NCBI GenBank assembly: GCA_947372105.1
Contig: CANBSH010000003.1
Location: 6,042 to 70,041, forward strand
DNA from: Chitinophagaceae bacterium
Lineage (GTDB): Bacteria; Bacteroidota; Bacteroidia; Chitinophagales; Chitinophagaceae
Direction of reading: 5' to 3'
DNA: 64,000 bases
Shown here: in pieces, positions 1 to 8,846 of the stretch
How positions within the stretch are numbered: the first letter of the stretch is position 1
Layout of the letters: the number at the start of each line of letters is the position of its first letter
Position numbers and translations under genes: made by a program
Notes under the pieces: generated by a model
What the model was told of the DNA's origin: nothing
The model's database searches: none
Seen by the model: the letters and a program-made list of their open reading frames with translations, nothing else

Positions 1-477
1 GCCCAAAAAAACTATGCCACAAATAAAGCGACTGTTCATTTTATAGCAGCAGACGATCAAGATATTGACGCTGTCAATAATCAAGTCACCAGTCGTCTAC
101 AAGCTAATGGAGACTTAAGTTTCATTATGCTTATTAAAGATTTCAAATTTGATATGGAAGGAATGCAAAACCATTTCAATACCGAATACATGGAATCTGA
201 TAAATTTCCACGTGCTTTTTTCAACGGCAAAATCACCAATATAAAGACGGTCGATTTTACCAAAGATGGTAAATACCCCGTAACCGTTTCAGGTAATATG
301 CAAGTACACGGAGTGAATAAAGCCATGCAAACCAATGGTTTCATCGAAATTAAAGGAGGTGTTCCTAAAGCAACAGCTCAATTTGTAGTGACTTTAAAGG
401 ACTTTGGAATTGGCGGATTACTGATCAAAATGGTGGCTGATAAAATCAACGTAAGCATCACTGCACCCTTTGAATAA
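1..477 (+). CDS. YceI-family (lipid/polyisoprenoid-binding) protein, 5' end outside window
   Basis: Frame 1 is open from base 1 (AQKNYATNKATVHF...), so the ATG listed at 127 is internal. ESDKFPRAFFNGKI...VSGNMQVHGVNK resembles the YceI-like signature. Confidence 0.65.
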   Translation, partial: AQKNYATNKATVHFIAADDQDIDAVNNQVTSRLQANGDLSFIMLIKDFKFDMEGMQNHFNTEYMESDKFPRAFFNGKITNIKTVDFTKDGKYPVTVSGNMQVHGVNKAMQTNGFIEIKGGVPKATAQFVVTLKDFGIGGLLIKMVADKINVSITAPFE

Positions 478-685
478 ACCCTCATTTAGACTCTAAAGTA
501 GACACCCTGTATATTTGGCTATAATACCATAGTGTATTAACTTTGCCCCGCATTGCAGGTGGATTTGTTTATTGTTCAACCTGCCTCCGAAAGGAAAAAA
601 AAGAACTAATAAACGATACTATTATCGCCCCCCTTTGTTATTAGCTTCTTTGCTTTCTTTTGGATATATGCATAAAAATATATTT

Positions 686-1699
686 ATGTCTATTCAAGAG
701 AGTCTACAAAAAAGAATTTTGGTCATTGATGGTGCCATGGGCACTATGATTCAACGTCATAAACTTACCGAAGAAGATTACCGCGGCGAACGCTTTGCGA
801 AATGGCATTGTGATGTGAAAGGCAATAACGATTTGTTGTGCATTACACAGCCTTCTATCATTACGGGAATTCATTTGCAATATTTAGAAGCTGGCGCAGA
901 TATTATCGAAACCAATACTTTTAGCAGCACCACAATTGCAATGGCCGACTATGATATGCAGGAATTCGCTTATGAATTAAATGTTGCCGCTGCAAAATGT
1001 GTGAAAGATGCCATTCAACAATACAAAAGCAAACATCCAAATAGTACCGAAAAATATATTGCAGGTTCCATTGGTCCTTTAAATAAAACATTGAGTTTGT
1101 CTCCGGATGTCAATAATCCAGGATTTCGTGCGGTTACTTTTGATGAAGTCGTAGTGGCCTATACGGAACAAATTAAAGGTTTAGTAGATGGAGGGGTTGA
1201 TGTGATTTTAATTGAAACCATTTTTGATACGTTGAATGCTAAAGCGGCCATTTTTGCAACGAAGGAATTTTTTAGAAAAAATCAAATTCCTGAATTACCT
1301 ATCATGATTAGCGGAACCATCACCGATGCATCAGGTCGTACTTTAAGTGGACAAACTTTAGAAGCATTTTATACTTCTATTGAACATGCAAAACCATTAA
1401 GCGTAGGATTGAATTGTGCATTAGGCGCACAAGAAATGAGAAGTCATATAGAAGAACTTTCACAAATAGCAACTTGCTATACTTCAGCGTATCCCAATGC
1501 AGGCTTGCCTAACGCTATGGGTCAATATGATGAAGCACCGCATCAAACAGCTCATTTTATTGAGGAGTGGGCAAAAAATCAATTTGTAAATATAGTAGGC
1601 GGATGTTGCGGTACCACACCAGAGCATATTAAACATATGGCTGATAATGTGCGCCATATTACACCACGTCCTCTTCCCATTTTAGAGCCTTCTATTTAA
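686..1699 (+). CDS. Homocysteine S-methyltransferase module of a split cobalamin-dependent methionine synthase
   Basis: ILVIDGAMGTMIQ near the N-terminus and the zinc-ligand motif GGCCGTTPEHI near the C-terminus are typical of the MetH Hcy-binding domain. I prefer the ATG at 686 (MSIQESLQKR) over the TTG at 572, whose extension is basic and proline-rich and looks non-native. Confidence 0.85.
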   Translation: MSIQESLQKRILVIDGAMGTMIQRHKLTEEDYRGERFAKWHCDVKGNNDLLCITQPSIITGIHLQYLEAGADIIETNTFSSTTIAMADYDMQEFAYELNVAAAKCVKDAIQQYKSKHPNSTEKYIAGSIGPLNKTLSLSPDVNNPGFRAVTFDEVVVAYTEQIKGLVDGGVDVILIETIFDTLNAKAAIFATKEFFRKNQIPELPIMISGTITDASGRTLSGQTLEAFYTSIEHAKPLSVGLNCALGAQEMRSHIEELSQIATCYTSAYPNAGLPNAMGQYDEAPHQTAHFIEEWAKNQFVNIVGGCCGTTPEHIKHMADNVRHITPRPLPILEPSI

Positions 1700-1709
1700 T
1701 TAAGAAATT

Positions 1710-4430
1710 ATGATACATATCAAACCATATTTACGTTTAGCTGGATTAGAGCCTTTGGTGATTCGTCCCGAAACTAATTTTGTGAACGTTGGAGAAAGAA
1801 CCAATGTAACAGGTTCTAAAAAATTCGCACGTCTTATTCGAGAAAATAAATATGAAGAAGCTTTATCGGTAGCCCGCCAACAAGTTGAAAGTGGTGCGCA
1901 AATTATTGATGTGAATATGGATGACGCATTGCTTGAAGGAGTTAGTGCCATGACTACTTTTTTGAATTTATTACAAAGTGAACCAGATATTGCGCGTATT
2001 CCTATCATGATTGATAGTTCTAAATTTGAAATCATTGAAGCAGGGTTAAAATGTGTGCAAGGAAAATGTATTGTGAATTCAATTTCCATGAAGGAAGGGG
2101 AAGCTAAATTTATTGAACAAGCTTATATCTGTAAAGCCTATGGTGCCGCAGTGATTGTAATGGCTTTTGACGAAAAAGGACAAGCTGATACCAAGGATCG
2201 TAAAATTGAAATTTGCACAAGAGCATATAAAATATTAGTAGAGCAAGTGGGATTCGCACCACAGGATATTATTTTTGATCCTAATATTTTTGCAGTCGCA
2301 ACGGGTATCGAAGAACATAATAATTATGCAGTAGATTTTATTGAAGCGACTAGAGTGATCAAACAAAATATGCCCTTAGCTAAAGTAAGTGGTGGTGTCT
2401 CTAACGTTTCTTTTTCATTTAGAGGAAATGATGCTGTAAGAGAAGCCATACATGCTGTGTTTTTATATCATGCTATTAAAGCGGGTATGGATATGGGTAT
2501 TGTGAATGCAGGACAGCTGGAAGTATATGATCAAATTGAACACACATTACGTCAATTATGCGAGGATGTTATTTTAAATCAGAATAACGATAACAACCAA
2601 GCAACGGAAGCTTTAATACAATATGCGGATGACGTAAAAGCCAAGGGACAAGATGGTGGAAAAGCGGCAGAAGACAATTCTACCAAAATGGCTTGGCGTA
2701 ATACATCGGTGGAAGAAAGATTAGCGCACTCCTTGGTTAATGGAATCACCGATTTCATAGATGCAGATACCGAAGAAGCAAGATTAAAGTATAGTGAACC
2801 ACTTGAAGTCATCGAGGGGCCTTTAATGGCAGGTATGAATAAAGTGGGTGATTTATTTGGTTCCGGAAAAATGTTTTTACCACAGGTGGTAAAAAGTGCA
2901 CGTGTAATGAAAAAAAGTGTTGCGGTGTTAACTCCTTTTATTGAAGCTGAAAAAGAAAGAAAAAAATTATTGTCTATCAATCCTAATGGACCGAGTGCGG
3001 GACCTGCTAAAATATTATTAGCAACGGTGAAAGGAGATGTGCATGATATTGGAAAAAATATTGTGGGTGTGGTATTAGGTTGTAATGGATATGAAATTAT
3101 TGACTTAGGGGTAATGGTTCCTGCTGATAAAATTTTAGCAGAAGCCGAAAAACATCAAGTAGATATTATTGGATTAAGTGGTTTGATTACCCCTTCCTTG
3201 GACGAGATGGTTCATATTGCAAAAGAAATGAAACGTCGTGGCATCCAAATTCCTTTAATGATTGGAGGAGCGACTACTTCTCGTATGCATACTGCTGTTA
3301 AAATTGCACCTGAATATGGAAATGGCGTCATCCATGTTTTGGATGCTTCTAGAAGTGTGACTGTTGCTGGATCCTTATTAAACAAGGATCAAAGAGCTCT
3401 TTTCTTAAAAGAATTAGAAGAAGGATATGCTCAATTAAAATTAGAATTTGATAATAAAAAAACAGTGAAGCAATTTACTCCTTACAAGGATGCTGTTAAA
3501 AATAAAGTGGTGATGGATTGGAGCAGCTTTGAAGCCCCTACTCCAAAGTTTACAGGAAACAAAGGAATAGAATTAAATGATTTATCTGTATTGGTAGAGT
3601 ATATAGATTGGAAACCTTTCTTTATTGCTTGGGAATTACACGGCAATTTTCCTGCTATATTAACGGATGAGGTAGTGGGAGAAGTAGCTAGTAAATTATA
3701 TCAAGATGCAACTACTTTATTAAATACAATTGTAAAAGAAAAATGGTTGACTGCAAAAGGGGCTGTTGGTTTTTGGCCTGCTAGTGCAAATGATGACGAT
3801 GTCACTTTATTGAATGGAGAACAAAAAGTGGATTTACATTTTTTAAGACAACAATCTAAAAAAGCAGCAGGACAACCCAATTATTCATTAGCCGATTTTA
3901 TTTGTCCCGCCACTGAAAATAAAAAAGATTACTTAGGCGCTTTTGCCGTGACCATACATGGTATCGAAAAACATATCAAAGCATTTGAAGCGAATTTAGA
4001 CGATTACAATAAAATTATTTTACAAGCCTTAGCAGATCGATTAGCAGAAGCCTTTGCCGAATATTTACATGCTAAAACACGTCAAGAATATTGGGGTTAT
4101 GTAAGCAATGAAGCTTTAACCAACGATGATTTAATCAGTGAAAAATATGTGGGTATACGTCCTGCACCAGGATATCCAGCATGTCCTGATCATACCGAAA
4201 AATATAGCTTGTTTGAATTACTAGACGCCGAAAAGCATACTGGCATTACTTTAACCGAAAGCTTAGCCATGTATCCAGCTTCTAGTGTTTGTGGTTGGTA
4301 TTTTGCAAATCCACAAAGCCAATATTTTGGGTTAGGTAAAATACAACAGGATCAAGTAGAAGATTATGCTCAAAGAAAACAAAAATCTTTAGAGTATATC
4401 ACGAGATGGTTGCAGCCAGTGATTGACTAA
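1710..4430 (+). CDS. metH: Methionine synthase: pterin-binding, B12-cap/B12-binding and AdoMet-activation domains
   Basis: Begins LRLAGLEPL...[13 protein letters not shown] (start of the pterin domain). Carries the B12 motif [11 protein letters not shown] and the activation-domain motif [12 protein letters not shown]. 906 aa. Confidence 0.92.
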   Translation: MIHIKPYLRLAGLEPLVIRPETNFVNVGERTNVTGSKKFARLIRENKYEEALSVARQQVESGAQIIDVNMDDALLEGVSAMTTFLNLLQSEPDIARIPIMIDSSKFEIIEAGLKCVQGKCIVNSISMKEGEAKFIEQAYICKAYGAAVIVMAFDEKGQADTKDRKIEICTRAYKILVEQVGFAPQDIIFDPNIFAVATGIEEHNNYAVDFIEATRVIKQNMPLAKVSGGVSNVSFSFRGNDAVREAIHAVFLYHAIKAGMDMGIVNAGQLEVYDQIEHTLRQLCEDVILNQNNDNNQATEALIQYADDVKAKGQDGGKAAEDNSTKMAWRNTSVEERLAHSLVNGITDFIDADTEEARLKYSEPLEVIEGPLMAGMNKVGDLFGSGKMFLPQVVKSARVMKKSVAVLTPFIEAEKERKKLLSINPNGPSAGPAKILLATVKGDVHDIGKNIVGVVLGCNGYEIIDLGVMVPADKILAEAEKHQVDIIGLSGLITPSLDEMVHIAKEMKRRGIQIPLMIGGATTSRMHTAVKIAPEYGNGVIHVLDASRSVTVAGSLLNKDQRALFLKELEEGYAQLKLEFDNKKTVKQFTPYKDAVKNKVVMDWSSFEAPTPKFTGNKGIELNDLSVLVEYIDWKPFFIAWELHGNFPAILTDEVVGEVASKLYQDATTLLNTIVKEKWLTAKGAVGFWPASANDDDVTLLNGEQKVDLHFLRQQSKKAAGQPNYSLADFICPATENKKDYLGAFAVTIHGIEKHIKAFEANLDDYNKIILQALADRLAEAFAEYLHAKTRQEYWGYVSNEALTNDDLISEKYVGIRPAPGYPACPDHTEKYSLFELLDAEKHTGITLTESLAMYPASSVCGWYFANPQSQYFGLGKIQQDQVEDYAQRKQKSLEYITRWLQPVID

Positions 4431-4463
4431 AGTGTCAAAATTTAGTGTCAAAATTTGGCGGGA

Positions 4464-5201
4464 TTAAACTTTTTCAAATAACCACCATAATCTCTTGCGT
4501 GGTTTGACTGTGTAATTTTTTTCTACATACTTACGAATGTGATTAATCGCTTCTTCACAGCTATCCGTAAATAAAATAAACTTTTTATCCTCAGGTGAAA
4601 TAGTGCCTTCTTGGATCATATGATCCATCCAATGCTGAAAGGGTTGATAATACTGACGGCCCATGACCACAATTGGAAAATCATTAATCACTTTTGTTTG
4701 CGCTAAAGTAAGTGTTTCAAAAAATTCATCTTGGGTACCAAAACCGCCGGGCATAATTACAAAAGCATAAGAATATTTCACCAACAACACTTTTCTGATA
4801 AAAAAGAAATTAATGGTAATGGAATGATTCACATAAGGGTTGGGCTCTTGCTCAAAAGGTAATTTAATATTACAGCCAATCGATTTACCTCCATTTTCAA
4901 ACGCCCCTCTATTGGCAGCTTCCATAATTCCAGGACCCCCACCCGTCATCGTCACCAAACCTAGCTCTGCAATTTTTTTGCCCATTTCACGAGCCAATAT
5001 ATAATAGGGATGATCTTCCTTAAAACGTGCCGAACCAAAAACGGTTACACAGGGTCCACTAAAATGTAATGCTCTAAACCCCTTAATAAATTGAATGAAA
5101 ATTTGAAAAGCGAATAATAATTCATTCATCCTTGGTTTAGGCCCCTCTAATGCATATGATTTTGTGGCCGGTATGATGCGTCGTTTGTTAGAAACAGCCA
5201 T
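4464..5201 (-). CDS. LOG family protein (TIGR00730, cytokinin riboside 5'-monophosphate phosphoribohydrolase-like)
   Basis: Contains the family motifs GGGPGIMEAANRGA and PGGFGTQDEFFE. Confidence 0.8.
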   Translation of the reverse strand: MAVSNKRRIIPATKSYALEGPKPRMNELLFAFQIFIQFIKGFRALHFSGPCVTVFGSARFKEDHPYYILAREMGKKIAELGLVTMTGGGPGIMEAANRGAFENGGKSIGCNIKLPFEQEPNPYVNHSITINFFFIRKVLLVKYSYAFVIMPGGFGTQDEFFETLTLAQTKVINDFPIVVMGRQYYQPFQHWMDHMIQEGTISPEDKKFILFTDSCEEAINHIRKYVEKNYTVKPRKRLWWLFEKV

Positions 5202-5266
5202 GATTAATTAACTTTTATACTAGTGAAGTTAAACCAAAAAAGCAACAAGGCTAATTTAAAAATAGT

Positions 5267-5274
5267 TACTTTTG
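5267..5274 (+). promoter_or_regulatory. Candidate Bacteroidota -7 promoter box (TACTTTTG)
   Basis: Matches TAnnTTTG, 23 nt upstream of the ATG at 5297. Confidence 0.3.
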
Positions 5275-5296
5275 AATCACTAAGATTGGAATTCAT

Positions 5297-6667
5297 ATGA
5301 AATCACTTTTTACTTTTTCTTTGGTTATCGCTGGACTGTTCTGCACGCAAAAATTGACCGCTCAATCTACCGTTGCAGTAGAACAAATTCAGTCGTATTC
5401 GGTCATGGTACCTACTTCCAATTATTGGCATATACCTAGCAATGTTACAGGCATATTAGAAGCACTCGACACTGGATTATTTGCCGACTTGCATTTGGTG
5501 CGAGATAAAAACATAGACCCTGTCATCAATAATATTAATAAGCTAAATCAAATTGGCAAACTCGCAATCAATTGGAATAAAACTGCTCCTATTCCTTTTC
5601 ACGCTTACATTGAATGGTATGAAATGATTCCCGAGTTCGCGTATCAGAATAAACTTATAAATATTGCGGAATCTAAAAAAGACAGCATAGTTTCAATTTG
5701 GTTTATTACGATTAATATTTTCAATCAAAAGCAAGAAGCAGTTTTTAAAAAAACTTTGCTGATGAATTTAATACCACAATCTACTGTGGGAATAGGGTTC
5801 CCTATGGGCCAACCTAGTTCTATGCCCAATGCTATTACACAAGCCCTGCAAAAAGGGATCAGTTTATTTTCGCCAGATATGGATGACCTGTTATTTGTAG
5901 AAGCAAAAGTACCCACTGCCTATGCGACAGATAACTACTGGATGCCACTCATTCAAGGCAAAATTCGCATTCCAATAGATACGAATAAACAATTTAGTAG
6001 TTATGTATCTACCGCTGGTGTTCAATTATTACGAACACCCACTGCCATCATGAATAAAATTAATTATAAAGACAAGAGTCCAAATAATCCTTTTATTGAT
6101 TTGATCCCTATTATAAAAAAACGTAGCAACTATTTTGATAATGAATATTACGAAGTCACACAGCCTCTTCGCGATGTAAATAATAACAAAGATTATACTT
6201 TGCTTTCATTTATTGAATTTAATACGCATGCCAGCGAAACAGGAAATCTCCTCTCTCCTATTGTTTTTTTACCGGATTCAATGCATACGATTTATTTAGA
6301 TCGAGATAGCATTGGTTATTTTAGTGTTTTGGAAACCGTAAAAGAAAAAGATAAATTCTTTAACCCTAACGTGATATGGAATGGTTATGATAGTACTAAA
6401 AAATATAACATAGGTACTTTATTTGAAAAAAAGGAAATCTTTTCTGCTAAAGTGATCAATGGCCGTTTTAAGCAACAATTATTTAGCATCCATATTAATT
6501 ACGCTAATAATTTAAAAACAATTTACATCAATGGTCAGTTATCTTTTATCGCACAAGGAAAAAACAAACCTTCTCAAATGGTAGAGGTTTCACCTGTGGA
6601 AGATATCGAGCTTAAAAATTTTCTACTCATGATGTCTTTTAGTGAAATTTTTCAATTGCCCATTTAA
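5297..6667 (+). CDS. Secreted hypothetical protein, no domain recognised
   Basis: Long uninterrupted ORF of 456 aa. Sec-type signal peptide MKSLFTFSLVIAGLFCTQKLTAQS. Asn/Ile/Lys-rich. Confidence 0.6.
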   Translation: MKSLFTFSLVIAGLFCTQKLTAQSTVAVEQIQSYSVMVPTSNYWHIPSNVTGILEALDTGLFADLHLVRDKNIDPVINNINKLNQIGKLAINWNKTAPIPFHAYIEWYEMIPEFAYQNKLINIAESKKDSIVSIWFITINIFNQKQEAVFKKTLLMNLIPQSTVGIGFPMGQPSSMPNAITQALQKGISLFSPDMDDLLFVEAKVPTAYATDNYWMPLIQGKIRIPIDTNKQFSSYVSTAGVQLLRTPTAIMNKINYKDKSPNNPFIDLIPIIKKRSNYFDNEYYEVTQPLRDVNNNKDYTLLSFIEFNTHASETGNLLSPIVFLPDSMHTIYLDRDSIGYFSVLETVKEKDKFFNPNVIWNGYDSTKKYNIGTLFEKKEIFSAKVINGRFKQQLFSIHINYANNLKTIYINGQLSFIAQGKNKPSQMVEVSPVEDIELKNFLLMMSFSEIFQLPI

Positions 6668-6692
6668 TACATTCAATTTAACCCCTTTCAAG

Positions 6693-7460
6693 ATGCGTGT
6701 TGTTAGTTATAATGTCAATGGGATTAGAGCAGCCATTAAAAAAGGTTTAATCTCTTGGCTTGAAGAATATCCTGTAGATGTTTTGTGTATTCAAGAAACC
6801 AAAGCCACCCCAAATGATATTGACTTATCCTTATTTACTTCATTGGGATATCATGTTGCCTGGTATCCCGCTCAAAAAAAAGGGTACAGTGGTGTGGCCA
6901 TTTTTAGCAAGCAAAAACCCACTAAAATAGTTTGTGGCACGGGACATGAAATGAGTGATTTTGAAGGCAGAGTGATTCGAGTAGATATAGGTAACTACAC
7001 TTTTGTGAACGCCTATTTTCCATCAGGTACCAGTGGCGAGGAAAGACAAACTTATAAATACCTATGGTTGCGTGAAATACAACCTTGGTTAACTGAATTG
7101 CAAAAGGAAAGACCAAATATCATTTTAGCAGGTGATTATAATATAGCACACCGCGAAATTGATATTCATGATCCAAAGGGTAATAAAAAATCATCTGGTT
7201 TTTTACCCGAGGAAAGAGATTGGATGGAACAATTTTTAGCAAGTGGTTGGATAGATAGTTTTAGATATAAAAATCCCGAAAGCACTGGCGCTTATTCCTG
7301 GTGGAGTCAACGTTTCCCTAGTGTTCGTTTACAAAACAAAGGTTGGAGAATTGATTATTTATGTACCACAATAGCTATGGAAAAACAAATTCTTTCAGCT
7401 AGTATATTACCTTTAGTGAAACATAGTGACCATTGTCCTATAGTTGTAGATATTAAATAA
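6693..7460 (+). CDS. xth: Exodeoxyribonuclease III (AP endonuclease)
   Basis: MRVVSYNVNGIRAA start, QETK, and the C-terminal SDHCPIVVDI motif. The ATG at 6693 is preferred because the 6642 start overlaps the preceding ORF. Confidence 0.88.
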   Translation: MRVVSYNVNGIRAAIKKGLISWLEEYPVDVLCIQETKATPNDIDLSLFTSLGYHVAWYPAQKKGYSGVAIFSKQKPTKIVCGTGHEMSDFEGRVIRVDIGNYTFVNAYFPSGTSGEERQTYKYLWLREIQPWLTELQKERPNIILAGDYNIAHREIDIHDPKGNKKSSGFLPEERDWMEQFLASGWIDSFRYKNPESTGAYSWWSQRFPSVRLQNKGWRIDYLCTTIAMEKQILSASILPLVKHSDHCPIVVDIK

Positions 7461-7467
7461 GAATAAT

Positions 7468-7770
7468 ATGCACGTTTGTAATATCAGTTTTCAAGTGGAC
7501 CCTAAAATTGAACCTATTTGGATCGCATGGATGCAATCTAATTTCATCCCAAAATGTATACACACAAGCTGTTTTACGGACTCCAAATTATACAATATTG
7601 ACGTTACTGCAGATCAATACCCTACCTATACTTTACAATTATTTACTCTTAGTAAAGACAAAATGGAGGAATACCTTACCCAGCACGCTTCTGAGCTATT
7701 GGCTGAAATCCCCGCCCAATGGGGAGAACAATGTTATCACTTTAGTACGCAAATGAAAATTGTGAATTGA
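7468..7770 (+). CDS. DUF4286-like small protein
   Basis: 100-aa ORF. Its N-terminus (MHVCNISFQVDPKIEPIWIAWMQSNFIPK) resembles the conserved Bacteroidota DUF4286 family. The overlapping ORF 7508-7756 is rejected. Confidence 0.55.
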   Translation: MHVCNISFQVDPKIEPIWIAWMQSNFIPKCIHTSCFTDSKLYNIDVTADQYPTYTLQLFTLSKDKMEEYLTQHASELLAEIPAQWGEQCYHFSTQMKIVN

Positions 7771-7989
7771 TTGTGGATATATAATTGGCTCAAAACCGCT
7801 ACAGGCCTATATTACAGCAATTTTTAAAATGAAACTCAATGCCACAAAGGGTTTCAGCGTTTTACAACTTTATTCAAATGGGAGTCAAATTCACCCTTTT
7901 ACCCTGAAAACCTTACTATTTAAGGGTTTCAAAGGAAAAATAATAATGAAAAAATGAAAAAAAATATTGTTTGAATTGATAAAACCCAA

Positions 7990-7997
7990 TAAATTTG
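7990..7997 (+). promoter_or_regulatory. Candidate -7 promoter box (TAAATTTG) for hup, with TTG/TTTG at 7967-7973
   Basis: TAnnTTTG lies 32 nt upstream of the hup ATG. A TTTG sits 16-20 nt further upstream. Confidence 0.4.
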
Positions 7998-8029
7998 TTT
8001 TATCGTTTTAAACTATAAAAAACACATCT

Positions 8030-8299
8030 ATGAACAAAGCAGAATTGATCGCTCACATTGCTGATAATGCAGAGCTAGCAAAAACACAAGCTAACGCAGC
8101 ATTAGACGCTTTTATCGAAGCAGTAACTAAAGCCTTGAAAAAAGGGGATAAAGTTACTTTAGTAGGTTTTGGTACTTTCTCTGTTTCTAAGCGTGCTGCT
8201 CGTATGGGCCGCAATCCTCAAACAGGAGCTGCTATCAAAATCAAAGCTAAAAAAGTTGCTCGCTTTAAAGCTGGTAAAGAATTAAGCGGAAAGTTATAG
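8030..8299 (+). CDS. hup: HU family DNA-binding protein
   Basis: MNKAELI...[33 protein letters not shown] is the canonical HU/IHF fold signature. Confidence 0.95.
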   Translation: MNKAELIAHIADNAELAKTQANAALDAFIEAVTKALKKGDKVTLVGFGTFSVSKRAARMGRNPQTGAAIKIKAKKVARFKAGKELSGKL

Positions 8300-8340
8300 T
8301 TATAGCGTCGAAAGGCACTAAACTGTTCTTTTTTGAAATT

Positions 8341-8378
8341 AAACCCCTCGGATATGCTTATATTCAAGGGGTTTTTTT
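8341..8378 (+). terminator. Rho-independent terminator after hup
   Basis: AAACCCCT (8341-8348) pairs with AGGGGTTT (8367-8374). An inner GGATAT/ATATTC helix closes on a GCTT loop. A T-run follows. Confidence 0.75.
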
Positions 8379-8385
8379 ACTTTTG
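8378..8385 (+). promoter_or_regulatory. Candidate -7 promoter box (TACTTTTG) for the THX gene
   Basis: TAnnTTTG lies immediately after the hup terminator and 34 nt upstream of the ATG at 8419. Confidence 0.35.
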
Positions 8386-8418
8386 TAGCCTTAACAGTAA
8401 ATTAAACCAAAAAATATC

Positions 8419-8541
8419 ATGGGAAGAGGAGATAAAAAAACAGCTAAAGGAAAAAGATTTAAAGGTTCATTTGGCAAAAGCAGACCACACAAAATTGCTA
8501 CTAAAGGAAAGAAAGCCGCTGCACCAAAAGCAACTGCTTAA
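8419..8541 (+). CDS. 30S ribosomal protein THX (bTHX), 40 aa; absent from the ORF track
   Basis: Hand translation gives MGRGDKKTAKGKRFKGSFGKSRPHKIATKGKKAAAPKATA*. It follows the THX pattern G.GD..T..GK...G..GK.RP.K and sits between its own promoter-like box and a terminator. Confidence 0.8.
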   Translation: MGRGDKKTAKGKRFKGSFGKSRPHKIATKGKKAAAPKATA

Positions 8542-8558
8542 TTCAAACTAATAAACAC

Positions 8559-8617
8559 TCCCTCGCTTAATCCAGTGGATGCGTCCCGTTTGAAAAGGAT
8601 TATTTGAGGGATTTTTT
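8559..8617 (+). terminator. Rho-independent terminator after the THX gene
   Basis: TCCCTC (8559-8564) pairs with GAGGGA (8606-8611). Inner helix is TAATCC (8568-8573) with GGATTA (8597-8602). TTTTTT follows. Confidence 0.6.
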
Positions 8618-8628
8618 ATGGCATCATC

Positions 8629-8832
8629 ATGAAAAAGCTATTCGCAATTATTATAACAATGAGCGTCTCGACATGGACCATGGCGCAATGCTCTATTTGT
8701 ACTAAAACCGCAGGCCAAATTGGAGAAGAGGCCGGACGTGGTTTTAATGCGGGCATTTTATATTTAGCCGCCATGCCTTTTGGAATTGCTTCCTACATCG
8801 CTTACAAGTGGTGGAAAAATGAAAAAGGCTAA
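8629..8832 (+). CDS. Small membrane protein with signal peptide, CxxC motif and C-terminal TM helix
   Basis: MKKLFAIIITMSVSTWTMAQ then CSIC, followed by the hydrophobic stretch GILYLAAMPFGIASYIAY and KWWKNEKG. 67 aa. Confidence 0.55.
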   Translation: MKKLFAIIITMSVSTWTMAQCSICTKTAGQIGEEAGRGFNAGILYLAAMPFGIASYIAYKWWKNEKG

Positions 8833-8846
8833 TTAACACATTTGTT

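Noticed and set aside
572-685. TTG-initiated N-terminal extension of the metH Hcy module (MFNLPPKGKKRTNKRYYYRPPLLL...)
   Set aside because: The extension is basic and proline-rich and unlike MetH. The conserved domain begins right after the ATG at 686.
478-685. Possible cobalamin, SAM or SAH riboswitch upstream of metH
   Set aside because: I could not find the B12 box, the SAM-I core (GAGGGA...GCAACC) or SAH consensus elements. It is kept only as a low-interest leader to scan computationally.
1700-2980. Antisense ORFs 1700-2089 and 2579-2980 inside metH
   Set aside because: They lie opposite a strongly supported CDS, have no motifs, and show typical shadow-frame composition.
7829-7957. 42-codon ORF in the hup upstream region (MKLNATKGFSVLQLYSNGSQIHPF...)
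   Set aside because: No promoter box or conservation cue supports it. It is better explained as a by-product of the repeated AAGGGTTTCA motifs.
8333-8551. Listed 72-aa ORF (MKLNPSDMLIFKGFFYF...)
   Set aside because: It starts inside the hup terminator hairpin and has a low-complexity Lys/Leu composition. It is out of frame with the convincing THX reading frame (8419-8541) covering the same DNA.
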